A DNA stretch of 64,000 nucleotides, from NCBI GenBank assembly GCA_965657355.1, contig CBFHOE010000002.1, positions 32,001-96,000 of the forward strand. Direction: 5' to 3'. The position numbers and the translations under genes are program-made. Of the stretch, positions 52,910-61,992 are shown one piece after another. The first letter of the stretch is position 1, and each line of letters starts with the position of its first letter. The notes beneath the pieces are model-generated. The model worked only from the letters and a program-made list of their open reading frames with translations, was not told where the DNA came from and searched no databases. This stretch comes from Limisphaerales bacterium. Lineage in GTDB: Bacteria; Verrucomicrobiota; Verrucomicrobiia; Limisphaerales; JAJOIW01.

Positions 52910-55480
52910 GTGCCTGAGACAAAAAATTTACCCATATACGAAACAGAAAATGAGATATGCACTATTTTGAGGAATGAGAATCGTCTTATTCTTCAAGCGC
53001 CTACAGGGTCTGGAAAAAGCACTCAAGTCCCTCAGATAATCCTAGATCATAAACTTGCTGAAAATGGGCAGATAGTTGTTCTTCAGCCCCGACGAATAGC
53101 TGCACGTATGTTGGCTTCTCGGGTCTCACATGAAAGACAGAGTAAGCTAGGCTCCGAGACTGGATATCAGATTAGATTCGAAAACAAGACTACAGATCAA
53201 ACGAAAATTAGATTTGTGACCGAGGCTATTTTGCTACGGCAAATTGTAAGGGACCCGAATCTTGCAAGTGTTTCAGTAATCATTTTTGATGAGTTTCACG
53301 AACGCCATTTGCATGGGGACATTACTTTAGCCAGGGCATTACACGTCCAAAAAAATAGCCGACCAGATTTAAAAATAATTGTGATGTCCGCTACATTAGA
53401 TCCGGGACCACTGGAAGAATTTTTAGCCCCGTGTAAAACGGTTCAAAGTGAAGGCCGTACATTTCCCGTAACAAAAGAATATTGGAAAAAAAGTATAGGA
53501 CCAAATACAACGCCAGTCTGGGATGCCGCGGCTGAAGCATTCGAGTCATGGAATAGACAAGGTCATTCTGGAGATATATTGATTTTTATGCCAGGGAACT
53601 TTGAAATCCAAAAAACCATACAGGCCCTCCAAGTTTCTGACGCTGCATCAAACTATTTGATTCTCCCTCTCCATGGTGAATTACCCATAGAGCAACAGGA
53701 TACCGCTGTGGCCCCTCAGGAGACACCAAAAATTATAGTTGCGACAAATGTTGCCGAAACCTCTCTAACGATTGATGGAATCAAATTGGTAATCGATAGT
53801 GGTCTAGCCAGGATCGCGGACTATGATTCAGTCAGAGGCATCAACACTCTTCACATTAAAAATATTAGTCAATCCTCGGCTGATCAGAGAACAGGACGAG
53901 CAGGCAGAACCCAAGAGGGTCATTGTATTCGTTTGTGGAAAGAGAAAGACCACTCTCACAGGCAGAACAACGAAAAACCTGAAATCCATCGCCTTGACCT
54001 ATCTGAGGTATTACTTAATTTAAAATGCTCAGGGGTTGATGATTTGGAAAGTTTTGGTTGGTTTGACCCACCAGAAGAAAAAAGTTTCAGAAAGGCAATT
54101 ACCCTTTTGCAAGATCTAGGGGCCTTGGATAAAAACAATGTATTGACTGAGCTTGGGAAGAAAATGCAGACATTTCCGACCCATCCGAGGTATGCAAGAC
54201 TTTTACTAGCAGCATCTGAATTTGATTGTGTCAATCAAGCATGCCTTATTGCAGCATTGACTCAAGGAAGGGACATTCTCATTTCCAGAGTAGATAAAAA
54301 TATTAGAGAAAGGCGTGAAGACGTATTAGGGGTATCCGTGAGCTCTGATTTTTTTCTATCCATGCGAGCTTGGCGGTTTGCATTAGCTAAAAAATTTCAA
54401 ACCAGGGAGTGTAAACAGCTTGGCATCCACGCTGGTTCGGCGAGACAAGTCCAGCCCTTGTTCAATCAATTTTTAAGAATCGCTAAACAATTAAATTTAG
54501 ATACGGAACCGAAAAAAGTTTCAGATGAGAATATCAGGCGGTCTCTTCTTTTGGCCTTTAGCGATAGGCTTGGAAGAAAAATGGACCGAGGTACAGCAAG
54601 ATGCCAAATGGTCAACAACAGGCGAGGTGATGTGTCCAAAAACTCGTGCCTAAAAAATTCTGAATTATTTGTTGCTGCAGAAATAAATGAAATCGAGGGT
54701 CGCGACAAAACTGTCCAAACCTTTCTTTCAAACTTGACTGAAGTGGAAGAAGATTGGTTAGTTCAACACTTCCCCGAGGACACTCATACCTCAGAAGAGG
54801 TAGAATTGGACCCTCAAACAAAACGCATCCGTTCATTTAAACAAACTTATTTTAGAGATCTGCTCATCAGATCAGAGGCCGTCGGAGAAGCGTCCGATGA
54901 AGCTAAAGCAAAATTACTCGCCTCTCATATTCTTGATGGAAATATACCTTTAAAAAATTGGGACTCTAAAATTGACAATTGGATTACACGAGTAAACGTT
55001 TTGAGCCAGCTTTGCCCTGAATTGGAAATACCTGGTATTGATGAAGAAGCCAGGTTTGAAATTCTCACAGAAATATGCCTTGAGGTTCGTTCCCCAAAAG
55101 AATTGAAAGAAGTAGACGTTTGGGCTCATGTCAAAGGTTGGATAAGTCCTAACCAACTCTCCTTGATTGACAAATACGCACCAGAAAAGATTGAGCTTAA
55201 AAATGGGAGGAAAGTGAGAATTGAATACAAAGAGAATGAAGAACCTATCCTATTAGCCAGAATCCAAGACTTGCTTGGAATTTCAAAGCTCCCACAAATA
55301 TTACTAGGGAATATAAGTCCAGTCATTCATATCCTCGCCCCTAATTTTAGGCCCGTTCAAGTGACCAAAGATTTGGAAAGTTTTTGGAAAGATCATTACC
55401 CTGCTAGAAGAAAAGAGCTGCAAAGAAAATATCCTAAGCACGCCTGGCCAGATGACCCAAAACTTCCGGCCATGAAATAA
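52910..55480 (+). CDS. hrpB: ATP-dependent RNA helicase HrpB
   Basis: APTGSGKST, QPRRIAAR, DEFHER, MSAT, ATNVAETSLTI, QRTGRAGR, APNFRPVQVTKDL, KYPKHAWP. Confidence 0.96.
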   Translation: MPETKNLPIYETENEICTILRNENRLILQAPTGSGKSTQVPQIILDHKLAENGQIVVLQPRRIAARMLASRVSHERQSKLGSETGYQIRFENKTTDQTKIRFVTEAILLRQIVRDPNLASVSVIIFDEFHERHLHGDITLARALHVQKNSRPDLKIIVMSATLDPGPLEEFLAPCKTVQSEGRTFPVTKEYWKKSIGPNTTPVWDAAAEAFESWNRQGHSGDILIFMPGNFEIQKTIQALQVSDAASNYLILPLHGELPIEQQDTAVAPQETPKIIVATNVAETSLTIDGIKLVIDSGLARIADYDSVRGINTLHIKNISQSSADQRTGRAGRTQEGHCIRLWKEKDHSHRQNNEKPEIHRLDLSEVLLNLKCSGVDDLESFGWFDPPEEKSFRKAITLLQDLGALDKNNVLTELGKKMQTFPTHPRYARLLLAASEFDCVNQACLIAALTQGRDILISRVDKNIRERREDVLGVSVSSDFFLSMRAWRFALAKKFQTRECKQLGIHAGSARQVQPLFNQFLRIAKQLNLDTEPKKVSDENIRRSLLLAFSDRLGRKMDRGTARCQMVNNRRGDVSKNSCLKNSELFVAAEINEIEGRDKTVQTFLSNLTEVEEDWLVQHFPEDTHTSEEVELDPQTKRIRSFKQTYFRDLLIRSEAVGEASDEAKAKLLASHILDGNIPLKNWDSKIDNWITRVNVLSQLCPELEIPGIDEEARFEILTEICLEVRSPKELKEVDVWAHVKGWISPNQLSLIDKYAPEKIELKNGRKVRIEYKENEEPILLARIQDLLGISKLPQILLGNISPVIHILAPNFRPVQVTKDLESFWKDHYPARRKELQRKYPKHAWPDDPKLPAMK

Positions 55481-55605
55481 GCAATCAAACTTCGATCAAT
55501 GCTATATGTTTCACCACTTTTAACAATGATTTGACGCAAATTTAGCCAAGAACAGTGCACGGAGCTTACGGAATGCATATGGCCCCTCTTTTTGTAGCCA
55601 GAATA

Positions 55606-57189
55606 TCAAACTGACTCGTCAACAACCTGAACCGACGCGTTAAGTTCCAACCAATTGCCCAAATCGGTCGACAAATTATCCCCAGCCTCAACCAAAGGCA
55701 CTTTGTTAGTCGTTATCTGGGGTGATACATCTTGTTCATTATTTGCAGAACCGATGGAGGAGACAGAACCGGATTCATTGCTTTTGTAATCCCAAAGCTG
55801 CCCATCAATTTCAACAAGACCGCTTAAATTCATCCATTCTCCAGTCACCGTGGAATAATGATTTCCAGCTTCAACCAAAATGACTGGAGTGGAATTCCCT
55901 TGGAATTGATCATCATTTTCTGAAAAGCCTTCATCATCGATTTTATCGTAAACCCAGGTAGCGCCATCGATTTTGATAACACCATTAAGCTGCAGCCATT
56001 CGTCGACTCCAATCGTCGATTGATTTCCAGCATCAACAATGAGACTTGATGTGTGGTTGTCAATGCTAGCTGGGTCGTTGTCGCTAATATTAAGCTGAAC
56101 ACCAGCCGGGTTAAATATGTGGTATCCTGGACTTGGGCTGAGCTTCACAACCAATGAGCGGCTATCTTGGTGTGTTGTGTCATCAATAATAAAAACTGGC
56201 ACATTAATAACGTCGTTGTTGCTAGAAAACCTGACATGCGTTGGAAGTCTGCCATAATGGTATCCTGGGATTGCTGAGCCGGAGTATTCTATATTTACGG
56301 GAAGTTCCCCAAAATTATTACCTTGGCGTGAAATTACAAGCATCACCATGTCTGAAGAGCCCTCCTCGACTTGATTCTGCGAAATCTCAATTTGGATATT
56401 TGCGCTACCATCAGCAAAAGTCGTTTTTTGAATGAATGAAGGATCGCCGCTTTCATCTCCATCTTGAACATCATTAATTGGCTCTGCTGTCAAATAGTCG
56501 TGATCTGAAATCCAAGCATTGGCTTTGTATGCCTCGGACAATTGATAGTATCCCCTTTCCTCTATGGCTAGTTGTATCAATTCGTCACCCTCTGAAATTC
56601 CATCCATTTTTGGGTATACGTATAATTTAACGTTATTTTGGCCCGCTGGGATAGTGACTGATTTTGGAATTGGTCGAAAATCATTAAATGGTTCGGCTTC
56701 TCCAGAGACACGGAGTCCGACAGTCAACTTTCCTGTATGACCCTGACTTCGGCTAATAAAAAATATGGCCGGTATCTCGCCATATTCCGAAGCCATGGAT
56801 CTTGAGGTTTGTATTCCAACGACTGGTATATTATTCAATGTTGTTTGTGTATGGGAGCCGATGGGATGAAGTTTGTAAAACCGACTGCCGAAGCCTTGCG
56901 CATCTTCATCGAAAAAACTGGCTGTGGTTTGGTTCGGGGCAATTTCAACTGAACCTAAATACAACCAATGCTCGGTATTTGTCGAAGTATAGACCTCATA
57001 CAGACCAGGTTCCCCTGTTATCCGCAATCCAAGTCCATTGCGTTGGATATCTTCTTTGTTTGATACATCTATGCTAATAATCGCATTGGCTGATTTACCA
57101 ATAATTGGAAAACTGCAAAGAATTAAAGCTACGATAATCACTCTCAACGTGGAAGCGAATGAAGCGCCTCCGATTAGTAACATCTCCAT
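55606..57189 (-). CDS. Secreted protein with two Calx-beta-like domains and three C-terminal partial PKD-like repeats
   Basis: Signal peptide, SGEAEPFNDF/VTIPAGQ/EGDE and YSGSAIPGYHY/IIDD/ISDND Calx-beta-like motifs, three V(D/E)AG repeats. Exact start uncertain (57189, 57183 or TTG 57147). Confidence 0.78.
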   Translation of the reverse strand: MEMLLIGGASFASTLRVIIVALILCSFPIIGKSANAIISIDVSNKEDIQRNGLGLRITGEPGLYEVYTSTNTEHWLYLGSVEIAPNQTTASFFDEDAQGFGSRFYKLHPIGSHTQTTLNNIPVVGIQTSRSMASEYGEIPAIFFISRSQGHTGKLTVGLRVSGEAEPFNDFRPIPKSVTIPAGQNNVKLYVYPKMDGISEGDELIQLAIEERGYYQLSEAYKANAWISDHDYLTAEPINDVQDGDESGDPSFIQKTTFADGSANIQIEISQNQVEEGSSDMVMLVISRQGNNFGELPVNIEYSGSAIPGYHYGRLPTHVRFSSNNDVINVPVFIIDDTTHQDSRSLVVKLSPSPGYHIFNPAGVQLNISDNDPASIDNHTSSLIVDAGNQSTIGVDEWLQLNGVIKIDGATWVYDKIDDEGFSENDDQFQGNSTPVILVEAGNHYSTVTGEWMNLSGLVEIDGQLWDYKSNESGSVSSIGSANNEQDVSPQITTNKVPLVEAGDNLSTDLGNWLELNASVQVVDESV

Positions 57190-57201
57190 TGTCTCATTTT
57201 G

Positions 57202-57217
57202 AGCACTTTTAATGCCA
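57202..57217 (-). promoter_or_regulatory. Candidate sigma-54 (-24/-12) promoter
   Basis: Minus strand TGGCATTAAAAGTGCT: GG and GC exactly 10 nt apart, as in the consensus TGGCACG-N4-TTGCW. Confidence 0.5.
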
Positions 57218-57451
57218 AAAATGCATCCTTATCATACAATCCACATTTTTGAGAAGATTATTTATTTAAGTTATTTATCAGAAGCAACTTAGAGCTGCGA
57301 GGAAAGGAAAAGAAAAAGATAAAAAAAATCACTCAAGTTTTTGGGGTATCCATCCTTGATTTTAAGTGTCCAATTAAAAGACATGGCGTGCACAGTATCG
57401 CTACACATAGAGTCCACAAACGTGACATAAGTAAATTTAAAAGTATGGAAA

Positions 57452-58438
57452 TTATTTGGGGTGAGGATCACTACATTGTTTTATTTCCCCTCCCTCTTCG
57501 ATTATTTTTGAAAGGCTTTCAAAATTATCTTTTCTAAAAGCTTTGTAAAGCTCTGGGTGGTTACGTTTTAAAATGTTGAGTCGTTTCAAACACCCACCAG
57601 TACAAGTTTGTATCTCGACCTGATATTTATTGATATGTGGCCTTCCAAGAAATCGGCCTATATCGATTCTACGGACGGCACTTCTTCTATCCATGCATAA
57701 AAAAGAGACAGGAAGGCTCCTTAAATCTACCTTTAACTCCTTCGAGAACTGGGCCCAAAAAGCATCTTGAAAGATCCCTGAAGGAGGCTTTGCAAACTGA
57801 TGGCACCAGTCATCCCAGTGTGATGAACTTAGAATTGGGCATGAAGCATTACTCGGACAAGGCGCCCAGGGGGCAAATTCATCGAGTAATTTTTCTCTTA
57901 TTTGGGAAAGCATTCGACCTGTGTTGAACGCGCCAGGCTCCACCCAAATAAATCCGTAGGCCTTTGCTTTGAGCAAAGAAATTATTTTTTCAACCTCCGA
58001 ACCGGCAATTTCAGTTCCAATGTGACTTATGAGAAATAGCGCCTCTCGACCAGGAAACTCCGCGGATAAGGAGATGTCATTAAATGACTCAATGTGCCTA
58101 TCCTCAGAATATTTTTGAGCTGAAGTTGATCTGTCGGAATAATGAATGGATTGGATCGAGTTTTCACAAAATGCGTGGAGGAAGGAACGTCCGGCAATCC
58201 CCGTGCCGCAAGCCAAATCGCAGACAATACTTCTCGGCATGGGCTCCCATCCGGACTTCTTAATTTCAGAAAGAGCGAAATCCCACTTCCAACCAATCCT
58301 TTGAGCGAAAGTCCTATCATAACAATCCAATGTTTCATAGGAATCCCAGTAATCCTGCTCTGTTTTCTTTTCTCCGAGAAAAATCTGCCGAAGTTCGCGC
58401 AATCTTTCCCAGTCTAATGGAGTTTCAAAACCACCCAT
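57452..58438 (-). CDS. Rsm22/METTL17-like SAM-dependent methyltransferase
   Basis: VCDLACGTG SAM motif, VEPG, APCPSNASCP...WCH. ATG 58438 preferred because it removes the overlap with the divergent nitrilase gene. Confidence 0.78.
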   Translation of the reverse strand: MGGFETPLDWERLRELRQIFLGEKKTEQDYWDSYETLDCYDRTFAQRIGWKWDFALSEIKKSGWEPMPRSIVCDLACGTGIAGRSFLHAFCENSIQSIHYSDRSTSAQKYSEDRHIESFNDISLSAEFPGREALFLISHIGTEIAGSEVEKIISLLKAKAYGFIWVEPGAFNTGRMLSQIREKLLDEFAPWAPCPSNASCPILSSSHWDDWCHQFAKPPSGIFQDAFWAQFSKELKVDLRSLPVSFLCMDRRSAVRRIDIGRFLGRPHINKYQVEIQTCTGGCLKRLNILKRNHPELYKAFRKDNFESLSKIIEEGGEIKQCSDPHPK

Positions 58439-58549
58439 CCCTAAATGTTGAGAATTTAATTTGATGGATGCAACCAAAATTGATGCTTGATTTGATAGCA
58501 AAGAAAAAATTACTTGGATTACGAACAAAGAGATTGCCATTGTGTTGAG

Positions 58550-59368
58550 ATGAATCTTGGAATGGCTCAAATTGAAATTTCTTCTGGAAACCCTGAAGAA
58601 AACTTGCAGAGAATTTCATATGCTTGCGAGGAACTTTCACAGAAGAATTCCGACTGGATATTGTTTCCCGAGTGCTCCGACTACGGATGGTCTGAACCCA
58701 TCATTAAAAAGTCATCGAGGCAGTTACTTGAAAAGAGTTTCGAGCAAGCATTAATCAGATTATCACGGCAATTTAATATTTATATAACTTGTGGACTGAA
58801 TCGTTCGAAAGCGAATAAAACATACAACTCGGCTATCACTATTTCTCCAGAAAAGGGAATTATTCACTCTTACAACAAGATATACGAATTAGACATAGTG
58901 CACGAAATTTACGGCCAAGGCCAAAAGCTTGATGTTTTTGAAACAGCATTTGGAAATGTTGGTGTTATAATATGTGCTGATGCATTTGCTGAGCATGAAT
59001 CATTGCTAAGGTCTCTTTGCTATATGGGCGCAGATATCATTCTCTCTCCTTGTGCTTGGGCCGTACCTTCAGATTTTAATAACAAGCAGGAGCCCTATGG
59101 AACTCTGTGGGTTAACTCATACATTCCCGTGGCTAAAAAATTCAAAATATGGATTGCAGCAGTCAGTAATGTTGGACGCATTTCTTCAGGGAAATGGAAA
59201 GGTTACAAGTGCATAGGCAGCTCATTATTGATTTCGCCAGGTGGACAAATTGCATATCAAGGGCCATACGGTGAAAAAATGCAAGATCTCAGCATCCATG
59301 AAATTTCCATTATCGAGAGACAGAAGCGAGGAACTCAATGGGATCAATTTGGAAATAGAGAACATTGA
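58550..59368 (+). CDS. Carbon-nitrogen hydrolase (nitrilase superfamily)
   Basis: Catalytic triad in FPECSD (E), YNKI (K) and ICADAF (C); SPCAW. ATG 58550 preferred. Confidence 0.92.
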   Translation: MNLGMAQIEISSGNPEENLQRISYACEELSQKNSDWILFPECSDYGWSEPIIKKSSRQLLEKSFEQALIRLSRQFNIYITCGLNRSKANKTYNSAITISPEKGIIHSYNKIYELDIVHEIYGQGQKLDVFETAFGNVGVIICADAFAEHESLLRSLCYMGADIILSPCAWAVPSDFNNKQEPYGTLWVNSYIPVAKKFKIWIAAVSNVGRISSGKWKGYKCIGSSLLISPGGQIAYQGPYGEKMQDLSIHEISIIERQKRGTQWDQFGNREH

Positions 59369-59373
59369 AATAA

Positions 59374-60039
59374 CTACCTTACTCTGGGCTTGGATATTTC
59401 GTCATTTCTAATATGCGGGTTTCCGTTGTAATAGCCTTTGTTCCCTCGAGGTGCGCTAGGAGGAATGGCCGGATTGGCATTAAAAGAAGGTCCATAACCC
59501 CACGTACTGGGATAAAAGCCTCGATTATCATTGTAGTAATTGGAATTGTAGGTCGTCTGGTTTTTTAGGGTAGGCCTTTGAACAAAATTAGTGAGAGTTT
59601 GAGTGAACAGAGATTTATATTTAATCGGTAACCTTACAACTGGCTCCTTCACGACTTTAAAAGTGCCATCCCCGTTTTTTACAGGGCGCGAACCAGCGAA
59701 TACCAACTCAGAATGGCCAATAAGCTTGCCGTCAAAGAAAGTTCTTACAGCAAGTGGTCTGTTACCAGAAAGACGAAAAGTAATTGACTCATTGGAGGTA
59801 GAATCTTGGAAAGCTTGAGTTTTCAATTCCAGAATTTCGTTGTTTTTTTGATGCAACTGGTCGAGTAATGCCTGTCTTTTTTTATTATTCTCCAAACTTT
59901 GAGCTTCCAAGGCATTAATTCTAGAGCCGTAGAGGTCTTTGGCATGATCGAAATGGCTTGAGTTATTGAGATACCAACCCAAAGAAAATGATGCCCCAGA
60001 TAAAACAATTACAATAAATCCATAAATCGCCCCTTTCAT
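59374..60039 (-). CDS. Hypothetical membrane-anchored protein
   Basis: N-terminal TM segment, short coiled coil, Y/N/G/P-rich C-terminus; AAGG 6 nt upstream of ATG 60039. Confidence 0.7.
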   Translation of the reverse strand: MKGAIYGFIVIVLSGASFSLGWYLNNSSHFDHAKDLYGSRINALEAQSLENNKKRQALLDQLHQKNNEILELKTQAFQDSTSNESITFRLSGNRPLAVRTFFDGKLIGHSELVFAGSRPVKNGDGTFKVVKEPVVRLPIKYKSLFTQTLTNFVQRPTLKNQTTYNSNYYNDNRGFYPSTWGYGPSFNANPAIPPSAPRGNKGYYNGNPHIRNDEISKPRVR

Positions 60040-60051
60040 ACGCAACCTTTC

Positions 60052-60081
60052 TTGAAAGCTGTTTTGAAAGCTGTTTTGAAA
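60052..60081. repeat. 12-bp tandem direct repeat, 2.5 copies
   Basis: TTGAAAGCTGTT TTGAAAGCTGTT TTGAAA. Confidence 0.9.
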
Positions 60082-60131
60082 TTCCCTCTCATTCTCGCAA
60101 TCTTCAATGAATTTTTAAGATGCAGGGCTGC

Positions 60132-60270
60132 AAAAATAAAAGGAACGGCGGCCACCTGGCACACACACGGAATCGTGCTAGGAAGGACCGCCGTAAATCC
60201 TCCTACCGGGAGGAAAGTTAGAAAGTCGTCGATACAAGCCCTATAAGACTGAATATGATATATGGGATGG
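60132..60270 (-). ncRNA. Candidate sRNA or attenuated leader RNA (about 135 nt)
   Basis: Minus-strand TTGACA-N18-TACTAT (60303..60274), hairpin at 60198-60214, long GC-rich hairpin at 60145-60194 followed by a U-tract. Confidence 0.4.
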
Positions 60271-60387
60271 GTCATAGTAATTATATGTTCGACTAAATGT
60301 CAACAACGTAAGTAGTTACTTTGAGAATTACCACGAACCATATAATTTAATACTTTGATCATAAAATACTTTTGCCAAAATAACACC

Positions 60388-61590
60388 ATGAATATGTATG
60401 CAAAACCCGAAATCCCTGATTTAGAGGGCCGATTTGGCCAATTTGGGGGAAGATATGTCCCAGAAACACTCATGCACCCCCTGCAAGAATTAGAAAATGA
60501 GTATTTCAGGGCCCAAAAAGACGAGTCCTTTCAGAATGAGTTGGATTATTATCTAAAAGAGTTTTGTGGTCGACCAACTCCCTTGTATTTCGCTGAAAGA
60601 CTGACTCAAAAACTGGGTGGCGCGAAAATCTATTTTAAAAGAGAGGATTTGCTGCACACCGGCGCCCATAAAATAAATAATGCAATGGGACAGATCCTGC
60701 TCGCCAAAAGAATGGGCAAAGAAAGAATCATCGCTGAAACAGGCGCCGGTCAGCATGGGGTGGCAACAGCGACGGTTTCCGCTATGTTTGGCATGAAATG
60801 TGTCATCTACATGGGAGCCCATGACTGCGAAAGACAGAAGCTTAATGTTTTTCGAATGAGAATGCTTGGAGCTGAAGTTCGCCCAGTAGAGGCAGGACAA
60901 AAGACTCTCAAGGAGGCCGTCAATGAAGCCATGAGGGACTGGGTTACAAATGTCCGGGGTACCCATTACATTCTAGGAACTGCTTATGGGGCACACCCCT
61001 ACCCTTTGATAGTGAGAAATTTTCAAAGAGTCATTGGAGATGAAGCCAGAAAACAGATTTTAGAAAAAGAAAAAAGGCTACCAGACTTTTTGATTGCTTG
61101 CGTAGGGGGTGGGTCCAATGCGATCGGTTTATTCTATCCGTTCCTCAACGATGAAAGCGTAGAAATGGTCGGCGTCGAAGCCGGAGGCACCGGAATTCAA
61201 CCAGAACAACATGCAGCTAGGTTTCAGGGAGGATCACTGGGCGTTTTGCAGGGAACTCGATCATATATACTTCAGGATGAGGTCGGTCAGATTCAGCTAA
61301 CCCATAGCGTATCTGCGGGACTAGATTATGCTGCTGTCGGACCTGAACACGCTTGGCTTGAAGAAATGAAGAGGGTTAAGTATACCTACGCAACAGACGA
61401 TGAGGCCATCAAAGGGTTTAAAGAAGTTGCTCAAAATGAAGGAATAATCCCAGCGCTGGAATCAGCTCACGCCATGGCTGAAACGATAAAGCGAGCTAAA
61501 GAGCTGGATAAGGACAAAATCATTGTAGCCAACATGTCCGGACGCGGTGACAAAGATGTCGCACAATTGGCGGAAATGATAGATTTTTAA
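60388..61590 (+). CDS. trpB: Tryptophan synthase beta chain
   Basis: [68 protein letters not shown] 60388 or 60394. Confidence 0.98.
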   Translation: MNMYAKPEIPDLEGRFGQFGGRYVPETLMHPLQELENEYFRAQKDESFQNELDYYLKEFCGRPTPLYFAERLTQKLGGAKIYFKREDLLHTGAHKINNAMGQILLAKRMGKERIIAETGAGQHGVATATVSAMFGMKCVIYMGAHDCERQKLNVFRMRMLGAEVRPVEAGQKTLKEAVNEAMRDWVTNVRGTHYILGTAYGAHPYPLIVRNFQRVIGDEARKQILEKEKRLPDFLIACVGGGSNAIGLFYPFLNDESVEMVGVEAGGTGIQPEQHAARFQGGSLGVLQGTRSYILQDEVGQIQLTHSVSAGLDYAAVGPEHAWLEEMKRVKYTYATDDEAIKGFKEVAQNEGIIPALESAHAMAETIKRAKELDKDKIIVANMSGRGDKDVAQLAEMIDF

Positions 61591-61643
61591 GAGAAAAGTA
61601 ACATATCGTTTTCTTTCTCATTAAATGATATTTTAATTTTATT

Positions 61644-61931
61644 ATGTCGGAGTCACTGTTCAATATTGATTATATTACTAAACTAGCAAGGTTAGAGCTC
61701 ACGGATGAAGAGAAAGCTGAAATGGGGCCACAACTATCTAAGGTGATTGAATACGTTGAATCCTTAAACTCACTAAATGTAGATGATATAGAGGCGACAT
61801 CCCACCCCTTCCCCATGGATAATGTTGTCAGAGATGACACACCTGGCGAATCATTATCTCAAGACGAAGCCTTGATGAACGCACCTCACAAAGGAAACGG
61901 ACTTTTTGTAGTGCCAAAAATCGTCGAGTAG
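61644..61931 (+). CDS. gatC: Asp/Glu-tRNA amidotransferase subunit C
   Basis: KLARLEL, RDD, NAP, FVVPKIVE; directly upstream of gatA. Confidence 0.95.
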   Translation: MSESLFNIDYITKLARLELTDEEKAEMGPQLSKVIEYVESLNSLNVDDIEATSHPFPMDNVVRDDTPGESLSQDEALMNAPHKGNGLFVVPKIVE

Positions 61932-61992
61932 GCCGCCTGGATTTAACCCCCGCCCCTTTCATTTTAATTTTTAAAAGATTTTCCAATAGCAA

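Noticed and set aside
58439..58570. Apparent head-to-head overlap of the Rsm22-like and nitrilase ORFs
   Set aside because: Artefact of longest-ORF start calls; it disappears with ATG 58438 and ATG 58550.
60145..60160. GGTGGCCGCCG on minus as a possible T-box
   Set aside because: Does not match UGGNACC, is on the wrong strand for trpB, and no stem I is recognisable.
60036..60275. 79-aa minus ORF and 64-aa plus ORF (60052..60246) across the structured region
   Set aside because: No motifs, the minus ATG overlaps the predicted -10 box, and the KTAF/KAVL repeats just reflect the DNA tandem repeat. No Trp-rich leader peptide for trpB attenuation is evident.
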